This document shows, one piece after another, positions 54,872 through 64,000 of a stretch of DNA of 64,000 nucleotides. The notes below the pieces were generated by a model. It saw only the letters and a program-made list of their open reading frames with translations. It ran no database searches and was not told the origin of the DNA. Numbering within the stretch: the stretch's first letter is position 1; each line of letters opens with the position of its first letter. The translations under genes and the position numbers were made by a program. This DNA comes from Octopus vulgaris (Eukaryota), in the NCBI GenBank assembly GCA_951406725.2, contig OX597843.1:4526001-4590000 (forward strand). The letters are read 5' to 3'.

Positions 54872-55221
54872 ACTAGCAATATTGCTCGGGTTTGTTTTCT
54901 TTTCTACCCTTTAGAATAGGAATTTTCGTAAAGTAAAAATTTGGCATTATGTAGCTTGTTCTCTGGTTGAAATACACTGAAAAATGGAGTTACAGCAGTC
55001 AAAAAATAGGGATTTTCAAAGGAAAAAAAGCACCTGTTTGATATAAATAGTTTTTGGTGTTAACATGGTCTGGTTTGAATTTTATCTTCTACGGAAGGAA
55101 GAGCAAGCCTTCTTCTATCATACTCTCAATTTTGGTCAACTTGCCCCACAGGGTCTCGGAGGAGATAGTGTTAGTTGAAGGCTGCCATACACAGACAACT
55201 TCAGCTTTATATAGAGAGAGA
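54872..55221 (-). mobile_element. Probable non-autonomous Helitron-like repeat
   Basis: 5' TC(TC)n-TATATAAA start and 3' CTAG end. Related pieces at about 38,940-39,219, 43,100-43,380 and 45,148-45,430. Confidence 0.45.
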
Positions 55222-56156
55222 TTTAAGTTGTAAAATTTTAACCTAAAAACCATGAGTTTATTAAAAGTTACAATGGGGAGTTATTCTGGCTCTTATGGGA
55301 CAGACATGTCGTGTTAATGTTTAGATAAATTTTAATCCACCAAGATATACACGTACAGGTAGTTATAAATATCCAGACACACGTGTAGGTTCCTTATGGT
55401 TGCTTCAATTAGTGTTTAGAATGAATGAATAGAGATTATTGCTAAGAAGAAAACGGAGTAACACCCCAATGATAAACTGGTATAATTAGATATTTATATC
55501 TAAAGCTATTTATACATACACCTTCACATATTTATATAAATAAACCTTATTAGTGTATATATATATATACACACCAGTGGTTTTCAGCCAGGGTTCCGCA
55601 AGAAGTTACAAAACTGCTAAAATCGGCAGTAATTTTTAAGTCTCCTGTGCAGATATGTGTGCATAAGTCTATTAAATTAATTGCACAGGGGTTCCTCGAG
55701 CCAGTGGAATGTTTCCTTGGGGTTCCGCTCCAGCAAAAAGTTTTAAAAGCACTGATATACACACACATATATATGTCCAACACCCGTGGACATGTTTTAC
55801 AAAGTGAGGAAGTAGCACAGCTCTTTCCATGACCTTCGCAAACATTTTTTTCATGCTAAAAGTTGCTGAAGCATGGAACAAACTGCCGGCATCAGTTGTC
55901 GGAGCACTGCATCCTACAAAATTTCCTGAGATTCGCCAACACTACACCTGATCTTCTCCTCCCCTCCATACACACAAGCAAGCATCTATCTGACTCATAC
56001 ACTGTTCACTTCCCAGACATTTCTACACCACTGCATATATTTTATACGCACTTTTGACAAGCTATGGGGCACCTGAGCACTGTATACAACAATTTCATTA
56101 ATATAATTATTATATATGTGTGTGTGTATGTATGCGCAATAAAACGTAATGGCCTT

Positions 56157-56431
56157 ACCTCGTAACTTTTCGTTGGGAGTCCTCGTCAGAAAACTTCAGC
56201 AGGCCACAGGTTGCCCATTGACAACCAAATATATATATTTTCCTTTCTTCACTATTTGTTAAATTCGCAGGCTCCGTCTCTGACATCAATACAAGACAGA
56301 CTTCTACTTAAAAACATAATTAAAGGTAAAGTTCCATGAGAGGTGTACCAAACACGAAGTTCTGCGAGCAACAGACTTCCTTCCAATAAATGTTTGTTTC
56401 AGTTTTCGGCACTGACCCTGACGTCACTTCC
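56157..56431 (-). promoter_or_regulatory. ETS-CRE promoter with putative non-coding first exon, pointing toward the 14-finger gene
   Basis: TGACGTCACTTCC at 56,419-31, and a minus-strand donor GTAAGG at 56,158. Confidence 0.5.
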
Positions 56432-56503
56432 TCTTAGTCATTATCGATTTGGGGGTGGATAAACGGGGTCAGATGAAACTAGGTCAAATGCAAAAGGGGA
56501 TCG

Positions 56504-56668
56504 AAAAGGCGACGAGCTTGCCAATTAGCGCGCCAAACGAAAATGCTCAGAAGTACTCCGACCGCAAAGACGTCCCGGGGAAGCGAACCTCCCCAGGACG
56601 TCACGGCGGACGAAATACAACTAAGCAATTCCGTCCGACGCGCTAAACGACCGGGCCAGCTTGCCGCC
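56504..56668 (-). ncRNA. Putative Pol III long-hairpin ncRNA, copy 2
   Basis: Exact reverse complement of 41,602-41,766 by eye. Confidence 0.7.
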
Positions 56669-58105
56669 ACTGAAAAATTGTGAAATTAAGAGATATTTAA
56701 GTTTAAAAAAAAAAAAAAAAGAAGAAAAATTCAAGGTTGTCCTTCGTCGCTTTTAGACATTCTACCATTATTCTCACAACATTCTTTAACTTTTTGTCTC
56801 AAAATGGGTTATTTTTCTTCAACCCAGTTTTGCTTTCGCTTCTATTCAAAGCAGAATACTTTTGCATCCAGACTCCCCTAAAAACCACACATATATAATA
56901 TACATACCCACGTAAATATGTACATATACATGCATATATGGGTACTAGACATCAACAAAACGTTGAATACAATGAGAAACGAACTTTTTTTTGGGGGGGG
57001 GGACAAAAAATACAGATATACGACGGGCTTCTTTGAGTTTCCGTCTACCAAATCCATTCGCAAGATTTTGGTGCCATGCAATGGGACTGAACCCAGAATC
57101 ATGTGGTTGGGAGGCAAGCTTCTTTGCCATACAGTCACGCCTGCACCACACACACAACAGCCATGCCTGCGTCACACATGCAGCAGGCTTCTTTCAGTTT
57201 CCGTCTACCAAATCCACTCACAAGGCATTGGTCGGCCTGAGGCTATAGCAGAAGACACTTGCCCAAGGTGCCACGCAGTGGGACTGAACCCGGAACCATG
57301 TGGTTGGTAAGCAAGCTACTTACCACACAGCCACTCCTGTTTAATATATATTCTTTATTGCCCACAAGAGGCTAAACAAAAAGAGGACAATGATTTATTT
57401 ACTTTCTTTAAAAAATTCTTTTATTTTATTCTGTAAAATCAACTCATTTGCATACGCGCAAGTCGTTGTAGGATCGACTACTTACGCGCACCAGGTCCAG
57501 TCTTCGCTAGTAGTACCCGATTGGCCTCCTACTCTGAAATTTCAGGCATTGTACCTAGAGCAGAAAAGGGATAAGTCAATTACATTGACCCCAGTGGTCA
57601 ACTGGTACTTATTTTCTTGACCCCAGCGCCCTTTAAATATTGAGAAAGAATTAAGGCGGCGAGCTGGCGGACACGTTAGCACAACGGGCGAAATGCTTAG
57701 CAGTATTTCGTCTGCAGCTACGTTCTGGGTTCAAATTCCTCCGAGGTCGACTTTGCCTTTCATCCTTTCGGGGTCGATAAATTAAGTACCAGTTACGCAC
57801 TGGGGTGGATGTGATTGACTTAATCCCTCAGTCTGTCCTTGTTTGTCCCCTCTGTATTTAGCCCCTTGTGGGTAGTAAAGAAATGTGAATTTCGTTTGCC
57901 GCTACGTTCCGAGTTAAAATTCCTCCGAGGTCGACTTTGCCTTTCAACCTTTCGGGGTCGATAAATTAAGTACCAGTTGTGCACTGGGGTCGATGTAATC
58001 GACTTACTCCGTTTGTTTGTCCCCTCAGTGTTTAGCCCCTTGTGGGTAGTAAAGAAATAGGTTTGCAGGAGTGTGAGAGTCAATTGAGTGATGAACAGGG
58101 CAGAG

Positions 58106-58881
58106 TCACTCGGGTTGAGTATGAGTGAAGTTATGTTTAGTCAAGTGTGCTCTTTGAGAGAACGATTTGCCACAGGTATGACAAACATAGGGTTTTTTCT
58201 CCTGTGTGAATACGTTGGTGAGTAGTTAACTGATCGTGGAGAGAGAAAGATTTGTCGCAGGTGTCACAGTGGTATGGCTTCTCACCTGTATGAATACGTA
58301 TGTGAATTGTCAAGCTACCTGTTTGAGTGAACGACTTGCCACAGATGTCACAACGATATGGTTTCTCTCCAGCATGAATATGTTTGTGCTTCGTCAGAGC
58401 GCTTCCATTCGAGAATGATTTACCACAGGTGTTGCACAGGTAGGGTTTCTCGTCGCTGTGAATTCGGTTGTGAGTCGTCAGGTTGCCACTCCGCGAAAAC
58501 GATTTTCCACAGATGTCACAGTCGTACGGTTTCTCTCCTGTATGAATGCGCCTGTGAGCCGTTAAGTTACCACTTAGAGTGAACGACTTACCACAGATGT
58601 CACAGTGATAGGGCTTCTCTCCTGTATGAATACGTTTGTGTTTCGTCAAGTGATTATTTTGAAAGAACGAAGTACCACAAATACCACAGCGATATGGTTT
58701 CTCTCCTGTATGAGTACGTTTGTGAATAGAGAGGCTATCTTTGCGAGAAAATGACTTTTTGCAAACATCACAAGGATATGCTGTTTTCCTTGTATCTTTC
58801 GACATCTCGTCAACAAAATTAATCCTTTTAAGGCTCTGATTTACATTTAATATTGTCCTCACACAATTCACTTTCCATCAT
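58106..58881 (-). CDS. C2H2 zinc-finger gene, 8 fingers, with two single-base insertions (pseudogene or sequencing error)
   Basis: Family-type start [12 protein letters not shown]. An extra T (CCTTAAAAGG, about 58,830) and an extra A (GAAAAAACCC, about 58,195) relative to the paralog. The 776-bp span equals 258 codons plus 2 bases. Confidence 0.8.
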
Positions 58882-61242
58882 TTTCCGTCTCTCACCGAAA
58901 TATAAAGATGCTTTTCAATTTCTCCTTTTTCTATTTCTCGGAGTGGTTGGCGTTAGGAAGGGCATCCGGCTGTAGAAACTCTGTCAGATCAGATTGGATC
59001 CTGGTGCAGCCATCTGGTTTGTCAGACCTCAGTCAAATCATCCAACCCATGCTAGCGTGGAAAGCGGACCTTAAACGATGATGATATATATATGTTGCCA
59101 CTACCACCAGACTGGCCCTTTTACTGGTGGCACCTTAAAATCACCCACTACACTCTCGGAGTGGTTGGCGTTAGGAAGGGCATCCAACTGTAGAAACTCT
59201 TCCAGATCAAGATTGGAGCCTGGTGCAGTCAAATCGTCCAACCCATGCTAGTATGAAAAGTGGACGTTAAACGACGATGATGATTCCTAAGTGATTCTGT
59301 GCTATTATCATCAACTGTGATCTTCGTCAATATCCGAAGATGCTGCAAGCTCCGTCATTATCCAAGTTTCATGAGAATACGATATCATCTTCAGTGCATT
59401 CAAGACAGTGAAGTAGAGAAGTTTTACTAAACAATGCCAATTAAATGAAATATTCCATTGCAATTTACCAAAGATTAATACAAACAGGGTAAAATTTGTT
59501 CCGTGTACAATTTTCCTTTAGACTTGGTAAATGGTCGATGAATCCAGAGTAAAAATGTCCTTTAATGCCAAGCCATCTGGAATAGCAGAGAAACAGTATA
59601 TACTAGAGAGGATACTTAAAATGTTGTGTGTTTTGTTTCAGTCATTGAAAAGTGTGCATTTTATGAAGAAAGACAAAAACGGTTACCAAGGAAATTCAAG
59701 TTTGCCTTTCGATTTGGTATTAAGGTTATGTCATACAACCTCGTGTAATTTCCAGACTACACCTATATATTTCGTTTTTGGGATTTGGCTTGCAAGATTC
59801 TTTATATGAATTTGTGTGTTGAAGCAAATTTTATTGTGTCTGGGGAGAGTCATTTTCTTAAAGAAATTTGAGAAGATACGTTTTCGGGATGACCGGGAAA
59901 ACGGTGTGGCCCCGGTTCGCGCACTCATGACTAGTTGATACTCTCTCTTTACTTGTTTCAGTCATTTGACTGCGGCCATGCTAGAGCACCGCCTTTAATC
60001 GAGCAACTCGACCCCGGGACTTATTCTTTGTAAGCCCAGTACTTATTATATCGGTCTCTTTTGCCGAACCGCTAGGTTACGGGGACATAAACACACCAGC
60101 ATCGGTTGTCAAGCAATGCTAGGGGGACACACACAAACATATACGCGCACACACATATATATATATACGACGGGCTTCTTTCAGTTTCCGTCTACCAAAT
60201 CCACTCACAAAGCTTTGGTCGGCCCGAGGCTACAGTAGAAGACACTTGCCCAAGGTGCCACGCAGTGGGACTGAACCCGGAACCATGTGGTTGGTAAGCA
60301 AGCTACTTACCACACAGCCACTCCTGTGCCTGGTAACATTACATTGATGAACAAAGAAAAGATGGTTCAATGATACAAAGGGAAAAAAAAACAGCAGGTA
60401 ATAATAATAAAACGAAGCATACCTTTCTATAAATGCTTGTACGAAAACCTGTCACAGGTTTTATAAGGAAAATGAATGACTTTCCATGTTAATAGTAAAA
60501 CGGCAAAAAACAAGGCGGGAATTGAACTGGATTGTCATTGATCAACTGATGAAACCTGGTAACATAGCAACGGTGGGAGGGGCATGGTCAAATATCTCTG
60601 GGTGTCAAAGGTCAGGCGAGCTGGCAGAAACGTTAGCACGGCGGGCGAAATGCTTAGCGGTATTTCGTCTGGCGCTACGTTCTGAGTTCAAATTCCGCCG
60701 AGGTCGACTTTGCCTTTCATCCTTTCGGGGTCGATAAATTAAGTACCAGTTATGCACTGGGGTCGATGTAATCGACTTAATCCGTCTGTTTGTCCCCTCT
60801 GTGTTTGGACCCTTGTGGCTAGTAAAGAAATAGGTATTTTGTCTGTTTTTACGTTCTGGGTTCAAATTCCACCGAGGTCGACTTTGCCTTTCATCCTTTC
60901 GGGGGTCGATAAATTAAGTACTTGTTATGCACTGGGGTCAATGTAATCGACTTAATCCCTTTGTCTGTCCTTTCTGTGTTTAACCCCTTTTGGGTAGTAA
61001 AGAAATAGGTATTTCGTCTGCCGTTACGTTGTGAGTTCAAATTCCGCCAAGGTCGACTTTGCCTTTCATTCTTTCGGGGTCGATAAATTAAGTACCAGTT
61101 ACGCACTGGAGTCGATGTAATCGAATCACGCCCTCTCCCACAAATTGTTGGCTTTCTACTAAAATTTCAAACCATTCTATATTAAAACACGGTTTCAGTT
61201 TGTGGAAGTTGTTTCCCTTTACGGATCTATTTCCTAAATTCT

Positions 61243-61256
61243 CCGCTAGAGGGCGG
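61243..61256 (+). promoter_or_regulatory. CTCF-like motif between divergent ZNF genes
   Basis: CCGCTAGAGGGCGG matches the CTCF core CC(A/G)(C/G)(C/T)AG(A/G)(G/T)GGC. Confidence 0.45.
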
Positions 61257-61573
61257 TGCATAATGGCAAGAATCGTTCCAAAGTTCTTCCCTTTCAGTTT
61301 CTTTTTCCTCTGTTCCAGGGGTTCGCCCCATTTTACAAATATGTCAGGTATCCCAGAAATATAATACGAAGCATAATCATGTTTTATATGAAAGAAGCGT
61401 CATTTGGTACATCGATGGCTGTCGGTGGAAGTTGTACATTTCATTGACCTCGTCGAGTCCGACCTTTGACCTTATAAGGTCATCCCACATCGTACACCCT
61501 CAGCAACGATAGGTAAGTATCATAGTTTTATGGTATTATAAGTAAATATTGTAATATACGGAATCGGGCGATC

Positions 61574-61772
61574 CTTCGGTATAGGTACCGGAAGTGGCTT
61601 TGTTTACATTTCTGAAGCCATATCACTGTGATATCTGTGGTAAATCATTCTCCCAAAACGGTGAGGTCACCATTCACAACCCTTTTCTCCCACCCCTAAC
61701 CCCCCATATATATATGTATATATATATATATATAAACACTTTCTTGAAATGTATCCGGTACCTATACCGAAG
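61574..61772. mobile_element. MITE with 19-bp TIR CTTCGGTATAGGTACCGGA; another copy at 53,251-53,739 carries a SINE
   Basis: Both TIRs are visible in both copies. Confidence 0.7.
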
Positions 61773-61879
61773 TTCCTCCTGGTATTAGATTACTTATGGC
61801 CATGGATGTCGGGTAAGGACCGAATGAGTACGATCTCATATACAAGCGATGTTGGTGGGGGACAAACACAGACACACAC

Positions 61880-62167
61880 AAACCATCAGATGTTGTTACA
61901 CATCGCTGGTCACAATGCGTTCGCATTGTCTTAGCCTTCGAATGACGCCACCCCGCTGGCTAAGCGAGCAGGCCAACAGAAGAAAGAGTGAGAGAAAGTT
62001 GTGGCGAAAGAGTACAGCAGGGATCGCCACCACCCACTGCTGGAGCATCGTGGGGCTTTTAAGTGTTTTCGCTCAATAAACACTCACAACGCCCGGTCTG
62101 GGAATCGAAACCGCGATCCTACGATCGCGAGTCCTCTGCCCTAACCACTGGGCCATTGCGCCTCCAC
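61880..62167 (-). mobile_element. tRNA-derived SINE family C
   Basis: Head GGAGGCGCAATGGCCCAGTGGTTAGGG (A box) and GTTTCGATTCC (B box), followed by a non-tRNA body. Confidence 0.75.
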
Positions 62168-62264
62168 TATATATATACATATATATACGACGGGCTTCTT
62201 TCAGTTTCCGTCTACCAAATCCACTCACAAGGCTTTCGTTTTATGTGGCACCATCACCCATACC

Positions 62265-62701
62265 GGCAATCTTTCGTCTCTAGTAGACCTTTCCGCCGAT
62301 TTCCGTAAAAAAAATTTTTTTTTTTTTACATATGGGCTTGCGGGAACTTTTGAAGTAATGAGAGCGAAAGAGACTAAGAGAAAGCCATTGTATGACGAGG
62401 GAAGTTCTTTTGAAGTTACCGAAGCATTGATGTACATGTGTGTGTGTGTTTGATGGGGTGTGGGAGACAGACAGTATGTTGTGTAAGTGAAGTGCTTCTG
62501 TTAGTGTGTGCGAAGAGACAGAGAGAGTAATGTGTGAAAGAAAGAGATAACTGAAATTTTTTACTCGGTGTATATGTGTATGTATGCATGTATGTGTATA
62601 TGTATGTATATTACTTCAAAAGTTCCCGCAAGCCCATATGTAAAAAAAAAAATTTTTTTACGGAAATCGATGGAAAGGTCTACTAGAGACGAAAGATCAC
62701 C
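62265..62701. mobile_element. MITE with TIRs of about 90 bp and an 8-bp TSD (Merlin-like)
   Basis: CCCATACC on both sides (62,257-64 and 62,702-09), with GG...CC termini. Confidence 0.8.
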
Positions 62702-63411
62702 CCCATACCTTTTTACATGGCCCCTTCACCAGTGCTTCTTGAATGTTGGGTATATTTCTACAATTTATCTGTACTAAAACAAATTTCCCTTATTGCATCT
62801 TTGCTCTTTACACACCTTCCATACCTTATACTGCTGTCTCTTCTTTATTTCAGAATATTTGATAAAATCAGCATCAAAGAATCAATATTTATCAAGTTTT
62901 AAAGACTGAAGGAAGAAATATCCTATTTACTCTTTTACTTGTTTCAGTCATTTGACTGCGGCCATGCTGGAGCACCGCCTTTAGTCGAGCAAATTGACGC
63001 CGGGACTTATTCTTTGTAAGCCCAGTACTTATTCTATCAGTCTCTTTTGCCGAACTGCTAAGTGACGGGGACGTAAACACACCAGCATCTGTTGTCAAGC
63101 AATGCTAGGGGAACAAACACAGACACACACACATACATATATATATATATACGACAGGCTTCTTTCAGTTTCCGTCTACCAAATCCACTCACAAGGCATT
63201 GGTCGGCCCGGGACTATAGCAGAAGACACTTGCCCAAGATGCCACGCAGTGGGACTGAACCCGGAACCATGTGGTTGGTTAGCAAGCTACTTACCACACA
63301 GCCACTGCGCATATTTATGTAAGTTTTTGGTGGAATTACTGTGAAATGATTCTTCTGAACTCAAATTGATATTTTGTCTGAAATGGCTGCTGTGTGATTT
63401 TTACATTTTAA

Positions 63412-64000
<589 letters not shown>

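Overview
AT-rich, repeat-dense eukaryotic DNA. The tRNA-derived SINE families and the tandem C2H2 zinc-finger cluster suggest an octopus or other coleoid cephalopod (inference). 1-11,980 is a mosaic higher-order tandem array (about 2.27 kb period) built from LINE fragments and an exon/intron piece, and it is interrupted by a Merlin/IS1595-type transposon. A Helitron relic follows. A three-exon orphan gene (25,261-34,759, +, about 591 aa) has an unusual Cys/His domain. From 39 to 64 kb lies a C2H2-ZNF cluster (one intact 14-finger gene, one frameshifted 8-finger gene, its inverted pseudogene copy, and one gene running off the window end) inside a direct-plus-inverted duplication. The best novel candidate is a 161-nt GC-rich rod-shaped hairpin present as two identical copies (41,602-41,766 + and 56,504-56,668 -). 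It has 10 G-U pairs against 1 A-C, a UUCG tetraloop, Pol III A/B-box-like motifs, a TATA-like element at -30 and a T4 end. Its 5' arm is homologous to the head of an abundant local SINE. All alignments and foldings were done by eye.
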